From NCBI GenBank assembly GCA_041744215.1, contig JBGTLG010000036.1, positions 27,188 through 91,187 of the forward strand: a stretch of 64,000 bases of DNA, in the 5' to 3' direction. The notes beneath the pieces are model-generated. The model saw nothing but the letters and a program-made list of their open reading frames with translations, was not told the DNA's origin and made no database searches. Origin of the DNA: Fimbriimonadales bacterium (GTDB lineage: Bacteria > Armatimonadota > Fimbriimonadia > Fimbriimonadales > ATM1). This document shows positions 1 through 10,660 of this stretch, one piece after another. The position numbers were made by a program, and so were the translations under genes. Within the stretch, counting starts at the first letter, position 1. The number at the start of each line of letters is the position of its first letter.

Positions 1-873
1 AACCAAGTCGTCGAACTGCTTGACTTTCCGCGCACCTGTAATCGCGCAAGTGATACCAGGCTGCTGGAGCACCCACCCCAGAGAGAGCGTCGTTAGCGAT
101 ACGCCAAGAGCATCGGCAACCTTCTTCAGCTTCTTTGTCGCGGCAAGCGTCTTTTCGTTGACTCGTTGATTGGGGTCGGACTTTGAATAGCGGCCATCTT
201 TGTTCCCTTCGAGGTACTTCCCGCTCAACTGACCACCTGCAAGCGGAGACCACGGTATCACCGCGTAATTGTAACTGCGACAGAAGGGAAGCAGCTCTCG
301 CTCAATACGGCGATCAAACAGATTGAATGGCGGCTGCTCGCTCACGAATCGGTTGGATCCAATCTCTCGCGCGACATAGTGCGCTTCACACAACTGCCAA
401 GCTGCAAAGGTGGATGTGCCTATGTATCGCACCTTTCCTGCGCGAATCAAATCATCGAGCGCACGCAAGGTTTCGTCGATTGGGATCGAGGGCTGGGGTC
501 GGTGGATTTGGTACAGGTCGATCCAGTCCGTCTTAAGGCGCCTGAGTGAAGCATCGCATTGCTCGATGATGTGCCTCCGAGAGTTTCCCCAATCGTTCGC
601 GCCGTCGCCCATTTTTCCGTGAAACTTCGTGGCGATGACGAGGTCTTTCCGCTTGCCCTTCATTAGATCGCCAAGGATGTCCTCGCTTGTACCGCGAGCA
701 TAAACGTTTGCGCAGTCGAAGAAGTTTATGCCGACATCAAGAGCTTTTGAGAAGATCTTTGCGGATTGCTCTTTGGTGCTGCCCCAATCATCAGGTTCCC
801 AACCAAACGTCATCGTTCCGAAACAAAGGGGGCTGACCATCACGCCCGTGCGGCCGAACTGCCTATACTCCAT
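1..873 (-). CDS. aldo/keto reductase (runs off window start)
   Basis: Manual translation from ATG at 873: MEYRQFGRTGVMVSPLCFGTMTFG...GINFFDCANVY...DLVIATKF...TDWIDLYQIH, a typical AKR; absent from the ORF track because there is no stop in the window. Confidence 0.9.
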   Translation of the reverse strand, partial: MEYRQFGRTGVMVSPLCFGTMTFGWEPDDWGSTKEQSAKIFSKALDVGINFFDCANVYARGTSEDILGDLMKGKRKDLVIATKFHGKMGDGANDWGNSRRHIIEQCDASLRRLKTDWIDLYQIHRPQPSIPIDETLRALDDLIRAGKVRYIGTSTFAAWQLCEAHYVAREIGSNRFVSEQPPFNLFDRRIERELLPFCRSYNYAVIPWSPLAGGQLSGKYLEGNKDGRYSKSDPNQRVNEKTLAATKKLKKVADALGVSLTTLSLGWVLQQPGITCAITGARKVKQFDDLV

Positions 874-886
874 CCGGGCAGATTAC

Positions 887-1663
887 CTACTCGAATAGGC
901 TTCGCAAGTGTCGGAAATCTTCTGCATTGTCAAAATCCATCGCGAGCGCTGGATGCGCCTCAGTCTGGATTTTGACTTGCGAGCTAAAAAGTCTCGCCAA
1001 CGTGCGCTCTGCCAATCCGATATCTGCTCTGCCGATGGCGTACTTCAGTGCGTTCACCAAGCCAGCGCGAAACAAAAGCCTTGCCATCGACTTGCGATTC
1101 TTTGCGGCTTCTTCAAGCGTAGTCAGGGCGTTCTCAAACGCAAAGCGGGATGCGCCGTAAACCGATGAGGCGATGAATTGTCCTTCACGCAGGCGAATGA
1201 ACTTAGCTGGGGTGCCGGGATAAGTGCGCTCAAGTTCATCACGATCGACGAGCCCGACTGAGAACCAACTCTGCGAGCTCGTGTCAAGGCTCGACTCAGT
1301 CCTTTGTACAAACTCCGTCAAATGAGGAGAGTCAACGAGCGGCAGGTCGGCTGCAAGAAAGAGTATCGGGCCTCCGCTTCCGATGGACTTCAACCCGCTG
1401 CGCGCGCTTCTGACTGCATTCGACCCCGGCTCCGCGAATGTCACACCTGCGACTTCCCCTACCGTCGAGCGAACTTCTTCGGGCGCGACGACCACTACTT
1501 CTCTTAAGCCTGCTCCGAGACAAGCGTTAATGACAATCTCGATAGTAGTGCTATTGCCGAAAGGCACGAGCGCTTTATGGTCGGCTCCGGTCAATTCGAG
1601 AATCTCGCGTTCGATTTCACCGCCGGCGGCGATTACCGCTGCCCACTCACTCGCGTTGCGCAT
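887..1663 (-). CDS. NTP-transferase (MobA-like nucleotidyltransferase) domain protein
   Basis: AAVIAAGG...HKALV, LAADLP and MDFD motifs. Confidence 0.75.
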   Translation of the reverse strand: MRNASEWAAVIAAGGEIEREILELTGADHKALVPFGNSTTIEIVINACLGAGLREVVVVAPEEVRSTVGEVAGVTFAEPGSNAVRSARSGLKSIGSGGPILFLAADLPLVDSPHLTEFVQRTESSLDTSSQSWFSVGLVDRDELERTYPGTPAKFIRLREGQFIASSVYGASRFAFENALTTLEEAAKNRKSMARLLFRAGLVNALKYAIGRADIGLAERTLARLFSSQVKIQTEAHPALAMDFDNAEDFRHLRSLFE

Positions 1664-2090
1664 GTGCAGCCAGCTCTCTCGGGGCGAGCGACGAAAATGG
1701 TTCTACAGGAACATTGCGTAGGGCCATGAACGAGATGACGATCACCGCAAGGATCGCAGATGTACGCTTGCCTGTGATCTGCGGGGATACATACTTGCCG
1801 GTAGCCACGAAACGCGCGCCCGCAAAGTAGAACCACGCCATCAGAGGCAGCCCAACGAAAACGAAAAGCGCGTTCTGTGAAACTGCGCCGACCAGATCCC
1901 CATGCGAAAGTAGGTGGAAGCTTCTCGTCGCGCCGCAGCCGGGGCAATGCAGGCCAGTCGTGGCGTTTAGGATGCACTTCGGCCAATAGGCTTGACCCTG
2001 CGGAGGGACCAGGATCACAAACACCGCGATGGCGGCGAGCCCGACCAGGAGAGCTGCCGTTAGGGGTCGGGTGAACGGCGCTCGTATCAT
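1647..2090 (-). CDS. DUF2752-like membrane protein
   Basis: PKC...TGLHCPGCGATRS motif followed by TM helices. Confidence 0.85.
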   Translation of the reverse strand: MIRAPFTRPLTAALLVGLAAIAVFVILVPPQGQAYWPKCILNATTGLHCPGCGATRSFHLLSHGDLVGAVSQNALFVFVGLPLMAWFYFAGARFVATGKYVSPQITGKRTSAILAVIVISFMALRNVPVEPFSSLAPRELAAHAQRE

Positions 2091-2575
2091 CCGGCTGTGA
2101 TCCCGACAAAAACCAACGCGATCCAGAAGAGGCCGCTAATGATGCCGAAGACAAAACTTAGGGTCGTCCAAAGCTTTGCTTTGTTAGAGGCCTCCACGGC
2201 GGCAGCGTAGTTCCCCGACTTGGAGTGACTTTCCGCCTGCGCGGCGAAAACGATGCCTGCAATTCCAATCGGAAGGCAGCAGAGAAGGGTGGCCAGGATC
2301 GATTCCACTAGGTAGGTCTTAACCGGCGCAACGTAGGGCGTGGGCGAATAGCCTGGTGTTCCGCTGGTCCCGGGAGGACGGCTCCAATCTGGCGGAGCGG
2401 CCGAGGGTGTCGGGGGTGGCGGCATAGGGACAGGCGGAGGCTCACTCACGCTTTCGGCCCCCGGGGCGTACTGCCCGCCGCCGATTCCGCGAACCGTGTG
2501 ACCACAGGCGATGCAAAAAACGGCGTCGGATCGGAGGGCTGCTCCGCACTCTGCGCAGGCGTTGGTTTCAGTCAT
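2087..2575 (-). CDS. CD225/dispanin family protein with N-terminal zinc ribbon
   Basis: CAECG...FCIACG, Pro-rich linker, YLVESILATLLCCLPIGIAGIVFA. Confidence 0.85.
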   Translation of the reverse strand: MTETNACAECGAALRSDAVFCIACGHTVRGIGGGQYAPGAESVSEPPPVPMPPPPTPSAAPPDWSRPPGTSGTPGYSPTPYVAPVKTYLVESILATLLCCLPIGIAGIVFAAQAESHSKSGNYAAAVEASNKAKLWTTLSFVFGIISGLFWIALVFVGITAG

Positions 2576-2647
2576 ACCGTCAGGTTCTCCAGATTGTTTA
2601 CCCTAATGACGCGGCACTGGCTGCGCGAGGACGTACAAAATGGGTCG

Positions 2648-4798
2648 ATGATCGCCTGCCTCGCTTTCCTGACCCAGTTCATTCTCATCCCTATCCCGGA
2701 GTCGATCTTGCCGGAGATCGAGGCTGGGCGGGCGCGGATCAGCGCGACGCGGCACGATCTCGGCGACCCAAAGTACGTCTTCGACGGGCGGGACGACACT
2801 GTCTGGAGAACCCCTTCGATCAATCCAGCGGAGATCGTGATTGAGCTTGAACAGCCGAAAGAGGCGAAGGGCTTTCGGGTGAAGCTGCTCGATGCGAATG
2901 AGTACCGGATCGAAGCCGCAGACTCACTCGTAGACCTTCGCAACCAAGCGGGAAGCTATCGAGATGTTACTGGGCTCCAAGTTTGCACCGACGCGGGCGA
3001 AGGCTACGTCGCTGTTGAACCGCCGGTGCGCGCGAAGGTGTGGAGGCTTTGGGTCAAAAGAACGAAGGGAGACGACTACGTCCACGTGTATGAGTGGCAA
3101 TTCGCCACTATGGCGCCGGCAGAAGGTGTGCGCATCGAAATGATCCCGGCTCGGCCAGAGTGGAAGCCGAGCGATGTGGTACCTGATGGGGGTGTGGTGA
3201 GGATGCGTGCGTATGCATTTCTCGGAGGGGCGTCTGTAGAAGTAACAAGCCGCGGCCGCTGGGAAACGGAAGGATTCGTTGCTTGGCCTGCGGGTGGCGA
3301 AAACGCGTTCCGAGCCGTTGCCGCCGAGAAAGCGACGCTGCGGTTTGTGGCAGGAAACCTGACCGCAGAGAAGTCGTTCGATATCAAGGAGATCCCCTCC
3401 ACCAACGTGCGCCCCGACATCGATCTGCTCTTCATAGAGCGCTTGCCCAAGATAAGTTTCGACGCATCTGATGTAGGCAACGGTCCAGGATGGCCTGCGG
3501 AAGGAAGCTCCGCGAGATGGGTCGCGCATATCCGCGCACGAAACAACCCTCCGGCCCTGATACCTTACGAATGGCGAGTAGATGGAGAGATCGTAGAGCG
3601 AGGAACAGTCACCATTGCAAGGCCGAACGATTATAACGTCTGGATTGAGCGCCCGTGGAAGCAAGCTGGTGAGACGATCACTTTGACGCTGACCCCCCCC
3701 GACTGGGATTCCAACCCGCACAACAATGCGCGTACTATTCGAACGAACGCGATTTCATTGGGCTTTTGGGTGGAGGAGGGCCTCGCAAATCATTGGCTCT
3801 CGCATCAACACAAGCAAAATGAGAAGAACGAGAGCTTTGAAGACTGGGCTCAGTTCATGGTAGAGCTTTGGAACGAGATGATGGAGAAAGCTGTACATCC
3901 AGGCATCTCGCCAAATGGGCTCACCGATCGGTTTCGATTAGATCGAGTCTGGGTCGTACCAAGCGGATCCCTGCCCTTGAATGGTGGATTACCTAGCAAT
4001 AACCCGGATTCGAGTGACAAATCAGTCGACCTCGCATGGGGATTCTGCGTCGATCCGAATGCAACGGTTAGCGAGTATTGGCGATTGCGCGACCACCCAA
4101 GATCCGTCTACGAAAACCCGCCTGCGTTCCTCGCGGATTGGGCACTCATTCACGAACTGCATCATGCGCGATACGTGATCGACAGCTACGGGTTTGACGT
4201 ACACGCGCCTTCAATTCAGTTGGAGATCGATGGTAGCCCCTTGATCGGAGGATTGCTGCCGCAAAACTTTGCGAGATTTAACAAGTACAAGGGCGTGATG
4301 GGTGGCGGCATTCGCGCGATTATCGACGAGTATGTCGCGGGAGCGTTGGAACGTGTCGCTGGCAAAAGGGCTCGAGGCGGCAATATGAACTCGCCGTCGG
4401 TCATTGGCGAGTACTTGAATGACCTGCCCGACGAAAACGTGTTGCAATTCGTCCTCCCGAGCGGCGCAGCTGCGTCCGGTGCAACAGTTCGCGTTTGGCG
4501 AGCGAAACCGAAACAGGGAGATTGGTACGGAAAGATCTACTCAGGCGATCCGAACATGGCGATCACTGCTGACGAGTCGGGCCGCATTGCCTTGGGCAAG
4601 AATCCTTTCTGGGAAGGCAAGATTCCACACACGTACGGCCATGCGGCTTCCGTCTTGCTAATCGTAGTGACTCATGGCGGAAATCACTACGTGCACTTTC
4701 AAGAGGTCTCCGACTTCAACCTCGCTTATTGGAAGGGCGCACGTACCAGCGCAGAGTACAAGGTCACCTTGAAAACTCTGCCGGACGTGAGCGACTGA
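2648..4798 (+). CDS. large putative secreted protein with discoidin-like N-domain and HExxH metallopeptidase motif
   Basis: VFDGRDDTVW discoidin-like motif and HELHH; start moved to ATG 2648 (hydrophobic N-terminus, -10-like CAAAAT upstream). Confidence 0.6.
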   Translation: MIACLAFLTQFILIPIPESILPEIEAGRARISATRHDLGDPKYVFDGRDDTVWRTPSINPAEIVIELEQPKEAKGFRVKLLDANEYRIEAADSLVDLRNQAGSYRDVTGLQVCTDAGEGYVAVEPPVRAKVWRLWVKRTKGDDYVHVYEWQFATMAPAEGVRIEMIPARPEWKPSDVVPDGGVVRMRAYAFLGGASVEVTSRGRWETEGFVAWPAGGENAFRAVAAEKATLRFVAGNLTAEKSFDIKEIPSTNVRPDIDLLFIERLPKISFDASDVGNGPGWPAEGSSARWVAHIRARNNPPALIPYEWRVDGEIVERGTVTIARPNDYNVWIERPWKQAGETITLTLTPPDWDSNPHNNARTIRTNAISLGFWVEEGLANHWLSHQHKQNEKNESFEDWAQFMVELWNEMMEKAVHPGISPNGLTDRFRLDRVWVVPSGSLPLNGGLPSNNPDSSDKSVDLAWGFCVDPNATVSEYWRLRDHPRSVYENPPAFLADWALIHELHHARYVIDSYGFDVHAPSIQLEIDGSPLIGGLLPQNFARFNKYKGVMGGGIRAIIDEYVAGALERVAGKRARGGNMNSPSVIGEYLNDLPDENVLQFVLPSGAAASGATVRVWRAKPKQGDWYGKIYSGDPNMAITADESGRIALGKNPFWEGKIPHTYGHAASVLLIVVTHGGNHYVHFQEVSDFNLAYWKGARTSAEYKVTLKTLPDVSD

Positions 4799-6192
4799 TG
4801 ACGGAAGTCGCTGTCGAAAGGAAACCCGATACTCTTTCGGCGCATAGGATCGTGTGGAATCTGGCGTGGCCAGCCATCGCGCTGAATCTGATGCAGACCG
4901 TCAACAGCCTGCTTGATAGCTACTTCTTGGGCGAAGTTGGTGCAGATGCAATTGCGGCGAGTGGCGCCGCATTCAACATAACGTTTCTATTGATGGGTCT
5001 CGCATTCGCGCTGGGGACTGCGACGACCGCACTCGTCAGTCGGTTTTATGGCGCTGACGAGCATCGCAACATGATTGACGCGAGCCGACAGTCAGTAACG
5101 CTGGGTCTAATCATTGGCGTCGTGCTGACGCTCGCAGCTTGGACGTGTCTCCCACAACTCGCGGCGATTTTCACAGATCGCGATGGTCCAGTCTACACGG
5201 AACTGATGCGGTACGTGGCCCCTGCGCTGATAGGTGTTCCTGCGACATTTTTGTTCGCAATAGTCGCCGCAAGTCTGCGTGCCATCGGTGATACGAAGCG
5301 GCCGATGTACGTTTCGGGAGCGCAGATCGTGCTCCACATTATTCTCAACTACCTGTTGATCTTTCCAACGCGAGTTGTCGACTTCAATGGGTGGGAGTTC
5401 ACAGTACCGGGCGCAGACATGGGAATTGCAGGAGCGGGCTGGTCGATTGCGATCAGCGCATGGTTCGCGGCGATTGTGTACCTTCCTGTTGCGAGCAAGA
5501 CAATCCTTGGTCCAGTTTGGAAACTGCAATGGCTTGCGCTTTCTTGGGTAAAGCGCGTCGTGCGAATCGCAATCCCGGCGAGCGTGTCTGCGCTCATTCG
5601 TATCGTTAGCATGGCGTCCTTCATGCTTGTCCTGAAGCACACGGCAGAAGGCGAGCGCGTCTATGGTGCGGTCCGTGTCGGGTTCGCAATGGAAAGCATT
5701 GCATTCATGCCAGCGTTTGGATACATGATCGCAGCGTCGGCGTTGGTTGGCCAGAGTCTCGGTATGAAGGATCCACAGCGCGCAGAGCGATTGGCTTCGG
5801 CTGCGGCCAAGCAAACAACGTACATCATCGCGGTGCTCTCGGTCCTCTTCTTCATTTTTGCACCATGGTTTGCCGACATCTTCTTGCGAGACGAAGTTCA
5901 GCACCAGGCCGCTACCAACTATCTTCGCATCATCGCGATCACCGAGGTGCTATTCGGCATTGGCGTCGTCTATACGGGCGCACTCCAAGGAGCTGGAGAC
6001 ACTCTGCGCCCGACAATCGTTACGCTCGTGGTCCAGCTTGGTTTGCGCGCGCCAGCGGCCTGGTTCTTCGCCGTCTATCTGGGTCACAACTCGACGGCAG
6101 CGTGGTGGGTCATGTCGGTAACTCAGGCGATTAGCGGCGTCCTCCTGTACTGGCTCTTCAAGCAAGGCAAGTGGAAGGACAAGAAGGTCTAA
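4798..6192 (+). CDS. MATE family efflux transporter
   Basis: LAWPAI, LRAIGDTKRP, LQGAGDT and about 12 TM; ATG overlaps the upstream TGA. Confidence 0.92.
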   Translation: MTEVAVERKPDTLSAHRIVWNLAWPAIALNLMQTVNSLLDSYFLGEVGADAIAASGAAFNITFLLMGLAFALGTATTALVSRFYGADEHRNMIDASRQSVTLGLIIGVVLTLAAWTCLPQLAAIFTDRDGPVYTELMRYVAPALIGVPATFLFAIVAASLRAIGDTKRPMYVSGAQIVLHIILNYLLIFPTRVVDFNGWEFTVPGADMGIAGAGWSIAISAWFAAIVYLPVASKTILGPVWKLQWLALSWVKRVVRIAIPASVSALIRIVSMASFMLVLKHTAEGERVYGAVRVGFAMESIAFMPAFGYMIAASALVGQSLGMKDPQRAERLASAAAKQTTYIIAVLSVLFFIFAPWFADIFLRDEVQHQAATNYLRIIAITEVLFGIGVVYTGALQGAGDTLRPTIVTLVVQLGLRAPAAWFFAVYLGHNSTAAWWVMSVTQAISGVLLYWLFKQGKWKDKKV

Positions 6193-8804
6193 CGTGCTAC
6201 AACTTTGACTGTGCCGGTTATCGGGCCAACGAATCCACTCACGGTGCATCCTTCGTTCTTGATTTCAACATGAAGCGGACGCCCATCGACTGTCGCCGAT
6301 GCTTTCTTGTAACGCCCGCTTTCGATCAGAAGCACAATGTCAGAGACGTCAAGTGCGCCGTTTTTCACTTCGATGTTGACGATAAGATCGTTTTCCTGCT
6401 TCGTGATGTCGACCGTCCCGTATCCCTTTACAAACGTGAAGAATGCACGGAGATGCTCCTTCGGCCAATTCGGAGCGAAGCCAAGTCGCTTGTTGCGTAG
6501 ATCGACGTGGACTCCCGTTGCTGCGAGCAATAGCGAGTACGCACTGAGCGGCCGGACGTAATGATCTCCGCATTCGATTTCGTTGAAGGGATTTCTGTGG
6601 GAGCCCGAGTAACGATCGCGCGCAGCTTTGACGATTTGTAGAGCCTGATCGGTCATGCCTTCGTAGATCATCAAGCTCGCGAGTGCATACTCGACGCCCG
6701 ACCAAACTTCATCAGAGTAGAGCAATGGAACCGCCGGCCGCTGCCCCTCTTCGTACGTCGCATTGAGAAGCCCCCGATCGTTCTCCATCGCAAACTGGCG
6801 CGGTGTCTGCACGACGCCCACGAAGTTCTCCCGGAAGTTGCGGATGAAGATGGACTGGAGCGCTGCGCGAACTCGATCCTTCGGCAGTACATAGCCCAAT
6901 CCGCAAACGTGAGCCCACCATTGGCCGAGCAGTTGATCTGACGCGCACCCATCACCGAACTGGTGCTCGTATCGATCCATCTCAACAACTTGGCGATAGT
7001 ACTCGCCATTCCAACAAGTCTCGTCATAGAGCTTAGTTCCCGAGTCAAATCTGCGCCGACACTCATCCGCCAGGTCTGGAAACATCTTCTCGCAGGCAAG
7101 CAGCGACGCTAGATACATCGATCCGATAAACGTGTTGGGTCCATAGAGATGAATGTCGTACGTGTTGGGCTGCTCCCCTCGGATCAACCCGTCTCCCTCG
7201 TCGTCGTACTTTTCCATAGCGTATGAAATCGCTGCGCGCGCACGCACTAACAGTTCGTCAATCTGACTGCCTGATGTCATACACCACTGTTGGTAAGTCT
7301 TCAGGATTCCTGCAAACAACCCATCGGCGGCGGGATTCGTCGGTCCGCCAATGGGCATGTCCCACAACCGCTTCAGATAGAGCGGCAAGATAACTCGGTG
7401 CGGAAGATAGCCACTTTCGTTCTGGTTCTCCAACCAGTCGACCTCACGCATTCGCAAGTGAAGGTCTGGAAACAGATGAGCCAGCGTTTGGTCGTAGCCC
7501 CATACATGCGTGCAGTTCATCGGGCAGCAGCCGCCTGCTGCATACACGCCTCCCGCGGATGCTCCGCAGCCTCCCTCGAAGCCGTAAAAGTGACCATCTT
7601 CTGTGCGAATGCAAATCGACGTCCGCAAAGTCGAACTGTTCGCGGTGATAGCGTCAATAAGGTGGTAGGGCAAGTTAGAGTCATAGAATGCCGCGCGGTA
7701 TGCGATCGTCCCTTCTTCAAGCTGAGGTCGGCTTTGAATCTGTTCTACGGCAGCCGCTGCAGATGAAAATCTCTTTGCATACTCGTTGCCCAGGTAGAAG
7801 CGAGACTGGTCGCGTGGAACGATCTCTTCCTTTTGACCAAAATCAACATATCGATTTGGGAACCGCCATGCGTACAAGAACCGAACACGTGCCTTTTCCC
7901 CCGGCTCAATGATCCGTTTTTCACAGAGTGCTCCGTTCCAAGTCGTCATAGTCGGACTTGGCATCTCAATAGCGGAGGCTTCGATTTTCCCGTCAGCGAA
8001 AAAGTCTTCCCAAAGCGCGGGAAGGCGGTTCCACTGCGCGCACGCAGTAACGTGCTTTCCGTCGCACGCCAGGACTAACTCGCCGTTGTGCGGGTGATCC
8101 CTAGTCAGGCCCAGGTTAAACATCTCGATCGAAGACATTTCGCCCACCGCCGACACCCGGTTGACGTTGGTGCCATAAGACTGATTGGAGACGCCTCGGA
8201 TCGGACTTCGCCCATCCCATCCCACTAAGTTCTGGAGCGATCCCAAGAGGCTGACGGAAATCGGGCGCTGCGCTCTGCTGCGCACCTCAAAGTCAAAAAT
8301 CGCGACAGGCATCCCGCTCGATTCCGAATCGAAGGGGACAAGTGGCGACCAAGCTGTCAGATCGCACGCGACTGGCAAATCGCCCAGCGAATATTCGATA
8401 CGTGCAATTGGATACTCGCCGGAAAACCGAGTCCCTTCAGCGAGGGGATAGCCGGCGAAAGCACGCCGGTGCTCAAATGGAACGTAGTGATCCGAAACGA
8501 GCGGCGCAGGCTCATGCGTCGGCTCATTCCAGAAGTTGTCGGTCATAAGGATGCGTGCAGCTTGCTTAGACCAACTCTCCTCAACGCGCAACGCGAAGAA
8601 GCCAAACGGAACGTACGCGACATGCTGAATGTTATTCGATATCTGCCATTGCCGCAGGCTTCCGTCTCCACAAATGCAAAGGTGACCTGTCCCAATTCCT
8701 CCGAGAGGCATGGCGATGCACCGTCGATCGGCATCTTGATACGATTTTCGGTCGCTGCCGTCCCATACGGTTTGCAGCCAAGTGGGCGTGCTGAGTCTTC
8801 CCAT
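6189..8804 (-). CDS. glycoside hydrolase family 116 (GBA2-like beta-glucosidase)
   Basis: AMPLGGIGTG, GFEG, CTHVWGY, NTYD, EVWSGVEY, NPFNEIECG; start trimmed to ATG 8804 to avoid overlap with nfo. Confidence 0.88.
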   Translation of the reverse strand: MGRLSTPTWLQTVWDGSDRKSYQDADRRCIAMPLGGIGTGHLCICGDGSLRQWQISNNIQHVAYVPFGFFALRVEESWSKQAARILMTDNFWNEPTHEPAPLVSDHYVPFEHRRAFAGYPLAEGTRFSGEYPIARIEYSLGDLPVACDLTAWSPLVPFDSESSGMPVAIFDFEVRSRAQRPISVSLLGSLQNLVGWDGRSPIRGVSNQSYGTNVNRVSAVGEMSSIEMFNLGLTRDHPHNGELVLACDGKHVTACAQWNRLPALWEDFFADGKIEASAIEMPSPTMTTWNGALCEKRIIEPGEKARVRFLYAWRFPNRYVDFGQKEEIVPRDQSRFYLGNEYAKRFSSAAAAVEQIQSRPQLEEGTIAYRAAFYDSNLPYHLIDAITANSSTLRTSICIRTEDGHFYGFEGGCGASAGGVYAAGGCCPMNCTHVWGYDQTLAHLFPDLHLRMREVDWLENQNESGYLPHRVILPLYLKRLWDMPIGGPTNPAADGLFAGILKTYQQWCMTSGSQIDELLVRARAAISYAMEKYDDEGDGLIRGEQPNTYDIHLYGPNTFIGSMYLASLLACEKMFPDLADECRRRFDSGTKLYDETCWNGEYYRQVVEMDRYEHQFGDGCASDQLLGQWWAHVCGLGYVLPKDRVRAALQSIFIRNFRENFVGVVQTPRQFAMENDRGLLNATYEEGQRPAVPLLYSDEVWSGVEYALASLMIYEGMTDQALQIVKAARDRYSGSHRNPFNEIECGDHYVRPLSAYSLLLAATGVHVDLRNKRLGFAPNWPKEHLRAFFTFVKGYGTVDITKQENDLIVNIEVKNGALDVSDIVLLIESGRYKKASATVDGRPLHVEIKNEGCTVSGFVGPITGTVKVVAR

Positions 8805-8843
8805 CGCAAGCCTGTTTCGCCGCAAGAGGGTAGATTCCCTGCC

Positions 8844-9689
8844 ATGTCTCGTCGAATTGGCGCACACATGCCCACAGCAGGCGGTCTTCACAACGCAGTG
8901 CGCAACGGCCACGCGATCGGCTGCACAGCGATCCAGGTCTTTACAAGCAGCCCTCAGCAATGGAAAGCGAAGGAGATAACCGATGAAATCGCGCAGCAGT
9001 TTCAAGCTGCCGTCGCGGAGACTGGGATGGATGCCCTTATCTCTCATGATTCTTACCTGGTCAACTTAGCCGCATCTAATGAAGAGATTCGGGTCAAGAG
9101 TGAAGCCGCGCTGGCAGCCGAGATGAACCGGTGTGCAAAGCTCGGTATTCCGACAGTCGTTTCGCACATGGGATCGCACTTGGGACAGGGAGAGGAAGTC
9201 GGCCTTCAGATGATCGCTGAGAGTGCGGCGCGAATTCTACAGAAGACCGACGACAGCGTCTCGATCGCGATGGAGACCACGGCCGGACAGGGCTCGAACA
9301 TGGGCTACAAGTTTGAACACCTTCGATCGATCATTGACGCAAACCACGGGAGCCCAAGGCTTCGGGTCTGTCTCGACACCTGTCACATTTTTGTGGCGGG
9401 CTACGATATTCGAAACAAGAGTGCTTATGACAAGACGATAGAGGAGTTCGACCGCGTCGTCGGCCTGGAAAGACTTGCATGCATTCATGCTAACGACTCG
9501 AAAAACCCACTCGGCTCCAAGAAGGATCGGCACGAACACATTGGTAAGGGCGAGATAGGGATCGAGGCGTTTCGGCTGCTCGTAAACGACGCTCGACTTG
9601 CGCATGCTCCTATCGTGGTCGAAACACCTGACGCCGACACCATGCACGCCGAGAACGTCCGCTTGCTGGTTTCGATTTTGGGTAAGTAG
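8844..9689 (+). CDS. nfo: endonuclease IV (AP endonuclease)
   Basis: IGAHM, HDSYLVNL, METTAGQG, CLDTCH, HANDS, DRHEHIG, ETP. Confidence 0.95.
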   Translation: MSRRIGAHMPTAGGLHNAVRNGHAIGCTAIQVFTSSPQQWKAKEITDEIAQQFQAAVAETGMDALISHDSYLVNLAASNEEIRVKSEAALAAEMNRCAKLGIPTVVSHMGSHLGQGEEVGLQMIAESAARILQKTDDSVSIAMETTAGQGSNMGYKFEHLRSIIDANHGSPRLRVCLDTCHIFVAGYDIRNKSAYDKTIEEFDRVVGLERLACIHANDSKNPLGSKKDRHEHIGKGEIGIEAFRLLVNDARLAHAPIVVETPDADTMHAENVRLLVSILGK

Positions 9690-9706
9690 GGCAAAATAGC
9701 GTTACC

Positions 9707-10012
9707 ATGCCCGATGAAGGAAAGAGCCAGCAGGAGTCGCTTGAGCCGTTGAGTGTTTACGCGCTAATCGCCATCTCATTCGAGCAGTTTGTGGCGCTCG
9801 CGTGGCAGAAGATGGGGCTACAACCAGACCCCATCACGCACAAGATGGATCGGAACATCCCGCAAGCCAAAGTTGCGATTGACATCGCATCCAGACTTGC
9901 AGAAGCGCTTGACTCAGAGTTGCCCGCCGACGAACGGCGCAGGTATCAGAACCTTATGACTGACCTCAAAATTAACTTGGTACGCCAAGCAGATGGCGAC
10001 AAGAAGGATTAG
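9707..10012 (+). CDS. DUF1844-like protein
   Basis: AWQKMGLQPDP...AKVAID...L..LKIN pattern. Confidence 0.75.
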   Translation: MPDEGKSQQESLEPLSVYALIAISFEQFVALAWQKMGLQPDPITHKMDRNIPQAKVAIDIASRLAEALDSELPADERRRYQNLMTDLKINLVRQADGDKKD

Positions 10013-10013
10013 G

Positions 10014-10391
10014 TTAATCCTTGAACAGGTCTTCGATCCAGTCGACGAGCTTCCTGTCGCGGCCATAGATCGGCCGCATCTTTACAAAGCCCCAGCTTCC
10101 GTGCCTATCGATCCAAATCTCTTCGAAGGGCTTCTTATCGCCTGCATTTCGCCAAAACTCGACGCGATAGGGGGGTGTCCCTGCCGTCTTACGATTGGGG
10201 TCAACATCAATCTTGAACATTCGTGCGAAGGATTTGATCCGGTCAGATGTCGTGAATGTCAGTGGATCCTTGCCCGATTTGTGAACCACGAGCTTCGTCG
10301 CGAGCGGCAGCTTGGCGATTCGCATAGTTGGATTTGCATATCCGATCGCAAACACGGCGATGATGATGCTAAGGCCGATAAGTTTCTTCAT
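10014..10391 (-). CDS. hypothetical secreted protein
   Basis: Signal-peptide-like MKKLIGLSIIIAVFAIGYA; coupled to the upstream gene. Confidence 0.65.
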   Translation of the reverse strand: MKKLIGLSIIIAVFAIGYANPTMRIAKLPLATKLVVHKSGKDPLTFTTSDRIKSFARMFKIDVDPNRKTAGTPPYRVEFWRNAGDKKPFEEIWIDRHGSWGFVKMRPIYGRDRKLVDWIEDLFKD

Positions 10392-10660
10392 TCAAGTCTC
10401 TCCTTGACAAGTTTGTTCAGTTGGTCTTGATTCATACCACCAATGTGGACCGATTTGTTACGGGATGTCGACCCGGAGGCAATCTCAATACGGGATTTTG
10501 GCACAGCGAGAGCTTTGCTCAGCGTCTCGATCACGGCAGTATTCGCCTGGCCATCGGCTGGCGCCGCCGTCACAAAGACCTTCACAATCTCGCCGTCCCG
10601 AACTGCCTGATTCCGTGATGCCCGCGGCGTCACCCGAACTTTCAAGCTTGCGTCAGCCAC
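10388..10660 (-). CDS. DUF167 / YggU family protein
   Basis: KVRVTPRASRN...VTAAPADGQAN...GSTSRNK; GTG start at 10660. Confidence 0.9.
   Translation of the reverse strand: MADASLKVRVTPRASRNQAVRDGEIVKVFVTAAPADGQANTAVIETLSKALAVPKSRIEIASGSTSRNKSVHIGGMNQDQLNKLVKERLE

Noticed and set aside
8805-9047. N-terminal extensions of GH116 (to 9047) and nfo (from 8469) in the ORF track
   Set aside because: They would overlap head-to-head; homology-like sequence starts at 8804 and 8844
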